A program made the position numbers and the translations under genes. DNA of 64,000 nucleotides from Candidatus Tayloriibacteriota bacterium (lineage in GTDB: Bacteria; Patescibacteriota; Minisyncoccia; Phycocordibacterales; PALSA-1337): positions 463 to 64,462 of the forward strand of contig JBAXUB010000002.1 in assembly GCA_037129895.1 (NCBI GenBank), in the 5' to 3' direction. This document shows, one piece after another, positions 17,981 through 28,082 of the stretch. Positions within the stretch are counted from its first letter, which is position 1. Each line of letters begins with the position of its first letter. The notes beneath the pieces were generated by a model that was not told where the DNA came from, searched no databases, and saw nothing but the letters and a program-made list of their open reading frames with translations.

Positions 17981-18817
17981 ATGTTGCTACAGAAAGGATT
18001 GAAAGTGAAGCATAACATCATAGTTGATTCTGTCGTAAGTTTAAGTGTCATCGCAGCCGTCATGATATTCGTATATTTTGTGGACGCTAGCTATATACAA
18101 AAGGCGTCGGTTTCAAAAACCAATACGGCGCAGACGGACAGAGATTCCCTCGAGGCCTGGAACAACAGCCCTGAGGGTTATCTCGTGAACAACGCCGCGA
18201 CAAACCAGGTCAGTCCGAAGTTTCGACCGGTACTCATCTATCGTTACCGAGGCGACAATCGCCCGGCATTTACAGCGAACGGTACGTGGTTCGTTGGAAA
18301 AAACGGCCCGCTCGTTGCTACCGTGGATCATCTGCTGCAAAAGAAGTTTGCAAATGATCTATTCGTCATCCGATTCCTATCACCTGATGAACACACAGCC
18401 ACGAATGGCTTGTACGAGGTTGCCTACTTCAACTGGCAGGCCAAACTGCCAAAAGATGACGACGTCGTCTTTCTTCGTCCGAAAAACACAGAAGCCAAAC
18501 CTCTTCCGTGTGAATCGGCACTCAAAGAAGAATCAGTTCAAAACATCAAGATGTTTTTCTTCAATGAGCTCACGATCGGGGAAAAGAAGATCATGAAACT
18601 GCGATCATTGGTGACTGGAGATGAATATCTCATCGCTGGTGGAACCAAGGGTCCTCAGAGGATCGCTCTGTATTTCAATTCGCAAGCTGGCTACAGTGGT
18701 ATGGGTTTCATAGATCAGTATGACCAGTTGTACGTACTGAGCTGCGGACATCCTGACAAGAAAAACCCCATTTCCCTATTGTCTGGGCCGTATCTGAACC
18801 CTGACAAACATCTGTAG
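17981..18817 (+). CDS. Membrane-anchored divergent trypsin-like serine protease
   Basis: TM anchor; candidate catalytic triad motifs VATVDH, DDVVFL and GYSG. Confidence 0.6.
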   Translation: MLLQKGLKVKHNIIVDSVVSLSVIAAVMIFVYFVDASYIQKASVSKTNTAQTDRDSLEAWNNSPEGYLVNNAATNQVSPKFRPVLIYRYRGDNRPAFTANGTWFVGKNGPLVATVDHLLQKKFANDLFVIRFLSPDEHTATNGLYEVAYFNWQAKLPKDDDVVFLRPKNTEAKPLPCESALKEESVQNIKMFFFNELTIGEKKIMKLRSLVTGDEYLIAGGTKGPQRIALYFNSQAGYSGMGFIDQYDQLYVLSCGHPDKKNPISLLSGPYLNPDKHL

Positions 18818-18851
18818 TCAATGATGTGAATCAGAAATAGTTCAAAACACA

Positions 18852-18880
18852 CCGAGCAGTCAATTGATTGCTCGGCTTTT
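18852..18880 (+). terminator. Rho-independent terminator
   Basis: CCGAGCAGTC...GATTGCTCGG plus TTTT. Confidence 0.75.
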
Positions 18881-18925
18881 ATATATCTGTATCGATGTAA
18901 CCTATTCGTATATTCGCATCGATAC

Positions 18926-21900
18926 CTATATACCTATGAAATTAAGTAGCGATGACCACACCCTCAAGAAGAATCCCTTCTTCTCTGCAGGCTTTACTGG
19001 CTTAACAACATCGATGGCTAGAGGAAATGCAGCGTTAGATGAAACAAGATAATATCTTCCCGGTTCACTAGGAGCAAGGATAGAAAGTGTAACCGCCAGC
19101 TTACCTTTTGTGCTGGTAAAATCGATAGGATTATTTTGATAATACGCTACAGTCTTTACATCCTTAAGCGGCACTAGGTTAATAGTCATCTTCTGACCTA
19201 CGTCGACTGTAATTCTCTGCACTAGAGTATCGACTGACTCATTAGCAATAGATACAGGAATCGTAGATGTACCGACGACTACCTGATATAGTCCCGGCAC
19301 TGTCGATGTGGCAGGGATCACTATCGGGACTGTACGTAATCTGACAACATCCCCAGCAGTTATGAGCCCTACACCAGCCATGAACTTCTTGAGTTCTGGA
19401 GATGAATTGAGTACCCTAGAAATATTTTCTGGTGCTGGATCGAATAGGAAAGCTCGTATCTCATTCTTGAATGAAAATGATCCATTACCTTCACCAAACT
19501 TCGGAAGACTTCCCAATGCCAATTTAGAAGGAATGATGAACGGCACAGACACCTTTCTCAGTAAGCCTGGTGCAAATAATCTGAGCAGGCTTTCCGAATC
19601 AAGAGTCGAGCCACCGGAATAGGGCCTATTCGGATTTGCAGGAACACTCGGCGCAACAGAATTCGATCTAATAACTGGCACATATCTACCCACAACAGCA
19701 ACACTACCACTTCTACCACTTGAATATACCGGTAACTCTGGACAACCCGTATTGTTACCAGTACCTGGATTGGCGATCGGTTCACTATATGAAGAATCAG
19801 TAAGAGAGATCGATCCAGCATCACCACCCTTTCCACAGGATGTAGAGTTACCACCATTAGATTGAACGATCGAACTTAGAGGACTACTGTATGAATTTAC
19901 TATCAGCAACGTACCTCCATTACCACCATTAGTTGAACCATCTGCACCATTTGATACGATCGCTGCAGTTGTTGATGTTGATATTGCGATATTACCTCCA
20001 TTACCACCGATAGAGCCACCAAGAGAAGCGCTAGCAGAAGATGTCCCTGTAATTACCAAATTTTCAAGTCCAAAGTTATATCCATTACTTCCTCCGTATG
20101 CACCATTTCCGGAGATTGATCCAGTCAAAGTATTATCTGTACCATCCACAATCACCCCATTCATTCCTATATACAGATCATTAGTTACACTCTCAGTAAG
20201 AGTCGTAGAGGCAAACAAAACTACTGCTTCATTGGCCGATGGTATCCTACCACTCGGTATATCTAAGCTAGTATCCGTAAACCAATTTTGCACATTGCTC
20301 CACAAACCATCTCCTGAAATATTACTAAAAGATATTGAATTCGGATATGAATAATATACGATCGAACCGAGGGTTGTACCACCTAGAGGTGCTGCAGATA
20401 GACCATATACATAAGAATTGCCGTTAACTGTACCTTGGTTTTTTGATGAATCATTGAAATAAGCATTAGCAGAAGTGACTCCAATATTTACCGAATGATC
20501 ATTGAATGACGTATCCCCTTTTATGTATCCAGTACTACTTGCAAAATCATTGAATACCCACCTTAGGATAGTACTACCTGAGTTATCTTTAGTCAGACCA
20601 GAAACATGGCCTGTTCCTCGGAATATTTCAGATCCAGAAAAACTTATTTCTCCAGATACAGCCACGAGATTATTATATGTAAGATCACCGTTTACTGTTC
20701 CTGAATTACTCGATAGATAATTTATGGAAACATTACCATTAACTGTTCCAGAATTTAGTGATTGATCATTCAATATCACAGTTCCATTCACGGTTCCAGA
20801 ATTTGTTGATGTTCCATTGAACGCTATATCTCCGACAATTATTCCGCTATTATCAATACGTCCGGCCACAGTTACTGGTGTTATTGAACTTGTTATAATG
20901 ATACCACCAGATTTGTTCGTAAGATTATTCGAAAATGTACCACCCGTTACCGTAGCGCCTGATTCTATGGTTGTACTACCAAGTGTAGTTTTTGTGTCGC
21001 TAGTTAGAGATCCGGTAACATGGATCGACCCACTCAATGTGGATGAACTAACTACAATATTATTCAAACTAGACACTAGACCAGTAGCTGTAACATTCTG
21101 TAATGAGAGGTTATTGGTACTACTACCTGTTATATTCCCACTAATTGAATAATAATGTCCTGCACCATCATCACCACGCAATGTAGTTGAAGTCGACACA
21201 GAACAATTACCAACTATATTCGCAGTTAGGTAATAATACGGCCTAGCAGCTTCATCTAGAGGTGTAGAGCAGTCTGTACTTATTGGCTGACTATTGTCAT
21301 ATGTAAACGAGACAGACTTTTCTGAAATATTATCTGTAGGATCAGAATGATTGCTTATACTCTTCAGGAATATCGTATGCGAACCGGCAACAGGCTTTGG
21401 TATATCACTGCCATTATTCGAACAGACTACCGCCTGATAATTGCCGCTATCCATCTTGTACTGACACGTATCATTCGTGCCCCATGAAATACTTGGAGAC
21501 CACCTCGTTATAGTTCCAGCCGCAGGAGAAGTGATCGATAGTACAGGTACGCCAGATCCACCACTGCCGATGATCGCATTCCACGCACTGAATATTCCAT
21601 TATTCAATGCTTGAAACGCATTCGTTGCTAGAGAATATGTAGCACCAGCCAAATTGACGATTGCCCCATTCACTGATTGGACGATCCAATGGACTCCATT
21701 ATGAGTAAAATCTGAAACAACTGTGAATACACCAGCCGTATATTGACGAGTAACATAACCTGTCACAGTACCATCATTCGTCGTGTCAGGACCAGAAAAC
21801 GTAGCATTACCGACGATCGTACCTAAACTAGAGTTCGTAGAAGAAGCACTAAATAATGCTGCTCCTGTCGATGTGCTGGTCACAGTCAAATATATCGAAT

Positions 21901-24900
21901 TTGAAGACGTAGCTAAGAATGTAGCTGAATCTACTACAGCTGAACTCGTAGTCGTAGAAATATTTCCACTCGTAATAGTTACACTATCTCCACCAGATGG
22001 AACGAACGTAGAATGAACTGTTGCCAATGAATCTGTCCACCAATTATTGACATCATTCCATTTACCAGTAACTCCATGTCCCGGAGCACTATCATTGAAG
22101 TACAGTCCAGTATAGTTATGATACGTAATCTGACCACTAACTACGCCACCGATTGGCCTAGCAACTGGTGAATATACATCTGCATCCCCTGTAATCGTGC
22201 CTAGATTTCTAGAATAATTATTGAGTATAACGTTACCGACTATAGTCGCACCGACATTGTTCGTACTAGAAGCATTGAATACAGCATCACCTTTGGTACT
22301 TCCAGAATTGGTACTTGATGCATTGAAAACCCAGTTGGTAATTTGGGAATTATTCGAATCATAAATATTTCCAGTAACAAAGCCCGTGCCTAGGAAACTG
22401 TCAGTTCCAGCAAATGATACTATACCAGCAGATCCAGTTAACATATTGAACTGTGCAGTACCAGTAACTGTACCCGAGTTTGTAGAAAAAGCGTTGAATA
22501 TCGCATTACCATTGACTGTACCGGTATTCGAGGATGTCGCATTAAAGGTAAATGTGCCGCCAGCAGTATTTATAATAGAATTATTGATCATACTCCCCAT
22601 TGCTGGATTATTGGCATTGATCGTACCATTATTCAAAACCTTTCCAGTCAAAGTCACAGATCCTGCAGAAATACTGCCGCCAGCATTGATCGTTGTACTT
22701 GCAAGTGAACCTGTACCATCTCCACTTATTACTCCTGTGACACTAACTGAACCAGTGACACTCGTCGAACTACTGATGATGAGGGCGCCTGGACCAGCTC
22801 CTGTCGTAGAAACCGCTCCTGTCACGATTATATTTGAAAGTGTTACACCATTATTATTGGAAGTAATATTTCCAGTGAGAGTATTTCCATTACCAGATAA
22901 TATAACGCCAGCGATAACAACATTGCAATTTCCAGAAATACTTGATCCTAACGCGTAGTTTCCTGCAAAAGCAAGAGACCCGCAAGAACTGATGGTCCCT
23001 GGTATTAGAGGAAATGCACCACCCACAAAGGAACCGAGATCAGTTCCGTTTGTAATAAAGTGTGCTAGTGCAGATAATGTGGTATTTGTCGTAGTTAGAC
23101 TGCCGGAATATGCTAGCCCGAGCGTAGACGTCGCGGAATATATATTGTTAGTCAAATTCAAATTTGTACCTAACATGTTTATGGTACCTCCTGTACCTGC
23201 ACTCGTCACATTGACTGTCGTCGATGTAGAAATCGTAATTATTCCACCACTACCAACTGATCCACTTGAGGCTCCAGCGGATCCAACGCCAGCACTTCCA
23301 GGTATGAGAGCCAGAAGACCCGTCGATGTTGCATTCGTAATAGAGATCGAACCAGTATCTCCACCATTACCAGCTGTACCAGATCCAGATTTGTTTCCAC
23401 CGGATCCTCCTTGCGAGGTTGTTGATCCTACAGTTGAACTCGCAGTTATCATAATATACCCTCCTCTACCTCCAGTGAAAGCTGTATCACCGTTACCACC
23501 ACTTGATAGTATCGACTGAATACTCGAACTAGAAATAACCAAATTACCTCCGTTTCCACCCACACTGCCAGAACCAACTGATCCATTGGCACTTACGCCA
23601 TTTGCAAAATTCGCGATAGTAATATTCCGGATAGTTGTCGTGCCATAGGCTGAAGCTCCAGCTGTAGTACTAGCAGCTGTAACAGCATAATTACTATTAC
23701 TTGAAGTTGCAGAAATAGTGTAATGGTTGTTACTTCCATCTATAGTTACGTTGTTCGCTTGAACATTGAAACATGTACCCGATATACCAGAAATGCTGGC
23801 TGACAAAGTATATACACCAACAAATGGCATTTTTCCACAACTAGAAATTGATCCAGGTATCAACGGAAACGCTCCGCCAGAATATGCGCCATAATTTGTA
23901 CCATTGGCAACTAGTGAAGCGAGAACTGACGTTGTTGCATTCGATACACCGAGAGAACCTGTATATGAAAGTATGAGAGATGAACTCGCTGTATATGTGC
24001 TATTGGAAAGATTCAAATTAATCCCGGAAATATTGATAGTACCACCAGCACCTATAGCAGAAATGCTCGCTGTTGTAGATGTAGCAACCGTAACTACTCC
24101 ACCAGCACCCAGTGAAGTACCAGTACCACCAGATGCAGAAATACTGAGCGGATCACTCGAGATACTAGTATATGATATTACTATTATACCATTAGCACCA
24201 TTACCTGTAATGATACTATTACTACTCAAACTTCCACCACCACCAGCACCATAAAGTCCGCCATTTGCACCCCATCCTCCAGTATTTCCGCAAGCATTAC
24301 CCCCACCTCCTCCTCCGCCACCAGAACCATGTGTCGAATCCCATTCAATTCCAGTACTTCCTATACCAGGCATGTACGGTGTCATACCATTACAAGCACC
24401 ATAACTCCCACCACCACCACCACCATTCGTTCCAGCACCACCTGTATATGGGCTTGAGCTTACACCCGCGGTACCACCACCAGCACCAAGATAGTTATCT
24501 CCACCAGATGTTCCGTTTGAATTACTAACACTTGCAGCATTGGCGCCTCCGCCATTACCCCCACCTCCTCCACCACCACGATTGCCAAACGTCGAACTAC
24601 CTCCATTACCTCCTTTTCCACGTGGTCCAGCCGCACCACCTCCACCACCAGCTGCCCATGACCCAGGTGTACCACCTCCATTACCACCAGAATATTTGAC
24701 TGTTCCTACACCAGCACTTGATTGACCACCCAAACTACCAGTTGAAATACCACCGCTTCCACCTTTTGCACCCACCCTTACTGCGGATCCTGAAATCGAT
24801 GCACAATTACTTGATGAATTACAGAAATACGAATCGGTTCCTGCGGCAGGAACAACATCTCCATTAAGACTTCCAAGACTGCCTTGTCCAACTCTATAGC

Positions 24901-27136
24901 TAACCGATGAACCAGCAGTTAAAACTAAATTTGATACTTTTGAATATCCACCACCTCCACCACCTCCAGCATTAGACGCGACCCCATACGTACCTCCACC
25001 ACCTCCGCCGATAACCTCGACAGTATTAGACGCACTATTCCAATCTGTTGGTACACTCCAAGAAGCTCCAGAGGTCAAATATATTCTCTTTGCAGTACTG
25101 ACAGAAGCAGAACCTCCTATAATCGTTGAGCTACCTACAATAATTACATTTCCAGCAGCCCCACCGACGCCTCCGTCACTATTACCACCATTTGCTGATA
25201 CCATAGCGATCGTGGTCGAAGAAACTATAACTGTACCACCAGCACCTCCTGCACCAGAGGACCCGGCTGAACCGTTCGCATTCACACCATTTGTAAAATT
25301 GGTAAACGTGAGATTCTGTATAGTTGTCGTACCATAAGCTGGAGCTCCAACTGTAGTACTTGCAGCAATCACGGCATAATTTGTATTACCGACGTTCGCA
25401 TTAACCGAATAATGATTCACACTCCCATCTATGGTGACATTATTGGCCTGAACATTGAAACAATTTCCATCAATATTTGAAATACTCTGAGTCAAAGTAT
25501 ATGTCCCCGCATACGAGATCGTACCACAAACATTTATAAGTCCTGGAAACAGTGGAAGTGTACCCCCAGAAAATGCACCATAATTTGTACCATTCACTAC
25601 GAGTGATGATAAGACTGATGTTGTAGCATTGGTCGTGGTTAATAGACCCGTATATGAGAGACTGAGTGTTGAACTCGCCGTGAATGATTTACCAGTAAAG
25701 TCAAGACTCGCTCCAGCAATATTGATAGTGCCACCTGTTCCAATAGCGGAGATACTGTCAGTGGTCGATGTTGCAACTGTTACTGTACCTCCAGACCCCA
25801 TCGATGTGCCAGTACCACCATTCGTAGTTATGCTACCTACTACAGAATTACCAGTGATTGAGATCGTCCCTGCGGCTGAACCGGACCCTGATACTGTACC
25901 CGTATATTGTGTATTGTAAATATTCAATACTTCAGCCGCAGAAAGAGGTCTAGACCAGATAGCAACTTCATCTAATGACCCATTGAAATATTCATAACCA
26001 CCTTTTCTACCTATCCATCCCATAGATGCCCCTCCATAATCTATTCCGGAATTACCACAGCCAGACGTACCAGCATTTACACCATCTATGTATATATTTA
26101 TGAGTGAGCCACTATAGACTCCAACAAGATTATGCCAGTTTCCATCAAGTATATTTATACTTCCATTTAACAAATAACATGATCCCCAACCACCATCATT
26201 AACTATGAACGCGGGACGCGTTCCTGAGAAAAATAGATTATAACCATCAGTACTATTGCTGTATGACACCATTTGCGGGTAACTAGAATTCTGTGAACCA
26301 CCTTTAACCCACACAGAAATACTAAGTGCTGAACTCGGTTTCAGTGCTGAAGCATTGGCGCCATAGGAAACACCCGAGCTATTCACAGAGATCGCCTTAT
26401 CTAATGCACCAGCCACCCCATAAGTAACAACCCCCTCTGATGTACCTGTAAATCCTTGACCCGAGCTATCGGTGAATGTTCCCGAGCTTTCATTCAAGTG
26501 ATACAGAAGGACATTACCAGTCATATCTATCCATCCATTAGAAACAGCACTATTTGGAAATGGTGACTTTACAGAGAGAGGCGATCCCCCATCTGACTTT
26601 ATACTACCACTTATGGTACTCGCATTTATTGAAATTATTCCACCAACTCCACCACTTGAACCCGAACCACCATTGGATATCACGTTGCCCGACATCGTTG
26701 ATGTTGATATCGTTATACTGCCCCCAGACCCACCTGATATACTCGAACTGTTATTGCCACTTGCATTCACTCCGTTGCTGAAATTCACAAATGAAATATT
26801 CAATATAGTCGTCGTTCCATACGCATTACCACCATCAGCACTATTCGTAGCGATGACTGCATATCCAGTATTACCTGATGTCGTCGTAGCTGAAAATCCT
26901 GCACCATTTATAGTCACACCGTTGGATGTAACTATAAAGCACGGTCCTGTAGTAGTAGCTATGCCAATATTCTGCGTTAGTGTATACGTTCCAGCCGAGG
27001 CCAATGTTCCACACGTAGTAATGTTACCCGGAGAAAGTGTGGCAGCATGAACACTCTGAGTCGACATAAAAACAAAAAAGAATGCAGAGGCCGCAATCGT
27101 GAAAATTCGTAGATATTTCGTGGTATTTCTTTGCAT
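18926..27136 (-). CDS. Giant (2736 aa) Gly/Ser/Thr-rich surface adhesin-like protein with a LamG/ConA domain
   Basis: Signal peptide; LamG motifs (WHNLVGVY...YIDGV...FNGSLDEVAIWSRPLS); Gly-rich domain; repeated CG...GTYTL and N.S.N.GTV.G units; amphipathic C-terminal tail. Confidence 0.9.
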   Translation of the reverse strand: MQRNTTKYLRIFTIAASAFFFVFMSTQSVHAATLSPGNITTCGTLASAGTYTLTQNIGIATTTGPCFIVTSNGVTINGAGFSATTTSGNTGYAVIATNSADGGNAYGTTTILNISFVNFSNGVNASGNNSSSISGGSGGSITISTSTMSGNVISNGGSGSSGGVGGIISINASTISGSIKSDGGSPLSVKSPFPNSAVSNGWIDMTGNVLLYHLNESSGTFTDSSGQGFTGTSEGVVTYGVAGALDKAISVNSSGVSYGANASALKPSSALSISVWVKGGSQNSSYPQMVSYSNSTDGYNLFFSGTRPAFIVNDGGWGSCYLLNGSINILDGNWHNLVGVYSGSLINIYIDGVNAGTSGCGNSGIDYGGASMGWIGRKGGYEYFNGSLDEVAIWSRPLSAAEVLNIYNTQYTGTVSGSGSAAGTISITGNSVVGSITTNGGTGTSMGSGGTVTVATSTTDSISAIGTGGTINIAGASLDFTGKSFTASSTLSLSYTGLLTTTNATTSVLSSLVVNGTNYGAFSGGTLPLFPGLINVCGTISYAGTYTLTQSISNIDGNCFNVQANNVTIDGSVNHYSVNANVGNTNYAVIAASTTVGAPAYGTTTIQNLTFTNFTNGVNANGSAGSSGAGGAGGTVIVSSTTIAMVSANGGNSDGGVGGAAGNVIIVGSSTIIGGSASVSTAKRIYLTSGASWSVPTDWNSASNTVEVIGGGGGGTYGVASNAGGGGGGGYSKVSNLVLTAGSSVSYRVGQGSLGSLNGDVVPAAGTDSYFCNSSSNCASISGSAVRVGAKGGSGGISTGSLGGQSSAGVGTVKYSGGNGGGTPGSWAAGGGGGAAGPRGKGGNGGSSTFGNRGGGGGGGNGGGANAASVSNSNGTSGGDNYLGAGGGTAGVSSSPYTGGAGTNGGGGGGSYGACNGMTPYMPGIGSTGIEWDSTHGSGGGGGGGGNACGNTGGWGANGGLYGAGGGGSLSSNSIITGNGANGIIVISYTSISSDPLSISASGGTGTSLGAGGVVTVATSTTASISAIGAGGTINISGINLNLSNSTYTASSSLILSYTGSLGVSNATTSVLASLVANGTNYGAYSGGAFPLIPGSISSCGKMPFVGVYTLSASISGISGTCFNVQANNVTIDGSNNHYTISATSSNSNYAVTAASTTAGASAYGTTTIRNITIANFANGVSANGSVGSGSVGGNGGNLVISSSSIQSILSSGGNGDTAFTGGRGGYIMITASSTVGSTTSQGGSGGNKSGSGTAGNGGDTGSISITNATSTGLLALIPGSAGVGSAGASSGSVGSGGIITISTSTTVNVTSAGTGGTINMLGTNLNLTNNIYSATSTLGLAYSGSLTTTNTTLSALAHFITNGTDLGSFVGGAFPLIPGTISSCGSLAFAGNYALGSSISGNCNVVIAGVILSGNGNTLTGNITSNNNGVTLSNIIVTGAVSTTGAGPGALIISSSTSVTGSVSVTGVISGDGTGSLASTTINAGGSISAGSVTLTGKVLNNGTINANNPAMGSMINNSIINTAGGTFTFNATSSNTGTVNGNAIFNAFSTNSGTVTGTAQFNMLTGSAGIVSFAGTDSFLGTGFVTGNIYDSNNSQITNWVFNASSTNSGSTKGDAVFNASSTNNVGATIVGNVILNNYSRNLGTITGDADVYSPVARPIGGVVSGQITYHNYTGLYFNDSAPGHGVTGKWNDVNNWWTDSLATVHSTFVPSGGDSVTITSGNISTTTSSAVVDSATFLATSSNSIYLTVTSTSTGAALFSASSTNSSLGTIVGNATFSGPDTTNDGTVTGYVTRQYTAGVFTVVSDFTHNGVHWIVQSVNGAIVNLAGATYSLATNAFQALNNGIFSAWNAIIGSGGSGVPVLSITSPAAGTITRWSPSISWGTNDTCQYKMDSGNYQAVVCSNNGSDIPKPVAGSHTIFLKSISNHSDPTDNISEKSVSFTYDNSQPISTDCSTPLDEAARPYYYLTANIVGNCSVSTSTTLRGDDGAGHYYSISGNITGSSTNNLSLQNVTATGLVSSLNNIVVSSSTLSGSIHVTGSLTSDTKTTLGSTTIESGATVTGGTFSNNLTNKSGGIIITSSITPVTVAGRIDNSGIIVGDIAFNGTSTNSGTVNGTVILNDQSLNSGTVNGNVSINYLSSNSGTVNGDLTYNNLVAVSGEISFSGSEIFRGTGHVSGLTKDNSGSTILRWVFNDFASSTGYIKGDTSFNDHSVNIGVTSANAYFNDSSKNQGTVNGNSYVYGLSAAPLGGTTLGSIVYYSYPNSISFSNISGDGLWSNVQNWFTDTSLDIPSGRIPSANEAVVLFASTTLTESVTNDLYIGMNGVIVDGTDNTLTGSISGNGAYGGSNGYNFGLENLVITGTSSASASLGGSIGGNGGNIAISTSTTAAIVSNGADGSTNGGNGGTLLIVNSYSSPLSSIVQSNGGNSTSCGKGGDAGSISLTDSSYSEPIANPGTGNNTGCPELPVYSSGRSGSVAVVGRYVPVIRSNSVAPSVPANPNRPYSGGSTLDSESLLRLFAPGLLRKVSVPFIIPSKLALGSLPKFGEGNGSFSFKNEIRAFLFDPAPENISRVLNSSPELKKFMAGVGLITAGDVVRLRTVPIVIPATSTVPGLYQVVVGTSTIPVSIANESVDTLVQRITVDVGQKMTINLVPLKDVKTVAYYQNNPIDFTSTKGKLAVTLSILAPSEPGRYYLVSSNAAFPLAIDVVKPVKPAEKKGFFLRVWSSLLNFIGI

Positions 27137-27144
27137 AATGATTA

Positions 27145-27933
27145 CTAATTTGGCGGCTTTATGTCAGTCTCCATCGATTCAGTAGGATCAGGCTCTACAG
27201 ACTCTGCGGCTTTGGTATTGGAATCAGTCTCAATTAAGGCTGGATCAGTCGAAGTTGATATGTACTCAGGAATTGAAACTGGATCAGTTGAGGTCGAATC
27301 CGTCGTCGTGGAGATTTCATCAGTAGTCGTACTAGAAGTCGGTATAGAAATCTCATTTGCCGAAGCGGTAGTTGTTGCTGTAGTTGTAGCCGGTGAACTA
27401 GCCACTTCTATTTCAGCGGTTTTTATATACGAAAATGAAATAACGTTGTATGCAGCAAGCCTATTACCGTTTATGATCCCCCGAGCAATTATTTTGTCCC
27501 CTACTTTTATATCAGTAATGGATATGGACACGGGGCTATCATCATTCGTCTCAACCTTCTCAATCTTACTTGTATCAACCTGGAACACATCAACGCCCTC
27601 GTATTTCGATCCATCAGTATTATCTAGACTGAACCAATCATCTCCCATCGAAACTACCGTGCCATAGATACCAGTAAAACTCTGAGCAGGATCTAGATCA
27701 ATGTTCGGAGTCGATATCTGCGCACGGGAAATTCCATAAGCTACAGATATTGTAACGACGATGATCATAACTACCCTGAACATCTTGGAAGACAAAAAAT
27801 GACCATCTTGTAAGATTTCGTCGGACTTTTCATTAACAATTTTGAATCTATTTCTCAAATTATTAAGTTGCACCATTTCAATATGAATACACTGAGCCCA
27901 CTTCTTCAAAAAACTTCCGAATTGCGGCTTCAT
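27145..27933 (-). CDS. Membrane-anchored protein with DUF5666-like domain and Thr/Ser-rich tail
   Basis: TM helix, DIKVGDKIIARG; 8 bp upstream of the adhesin. Start codon uncertain. Confidence 0.7.
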   Translation of the reverse strand: MKPQFGSFLKKWAQCIHIEMVQLNNLRNRFKIVNEKSDEILQDGHFLSSKMFRVVMIIVVTISVAYGISRAQISTPNIDLDPAQSFTGIYGTVVSMGDDWFSLDNTDGSKYEGVDVFQVDTSKIEKVETNDDSPVSISITDIKVGDKIIARGIINGNRLAAYNVISFSYIKTAEIEVASSPATTTATTTASANEISIPTSSTTTDEISTTTDSTSTDPVSIPEYISTSTDPALIETDSNTKAAESVEPDPTESMETDIKPPN

Positions 27934-28082
27934 TACTGGCTAATTGTAACACAAAATTATACAAATATTGCTCATATACTGTGGATAAACACAGTTTTTC
28001 TGACAATATTCATTAACTATACTCTGTCACGCCATATAGATCACCGACGGTAAAATAATGGAGGTATGAGTTCAGTAAAAAC

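Noticed and set aside
19308-27667. Many plus-strand Pro/Val-rich ORFs
   Set aside because: Antisense shadows of the Gly/Thr/Ser-rich adhesin and its partner gene.
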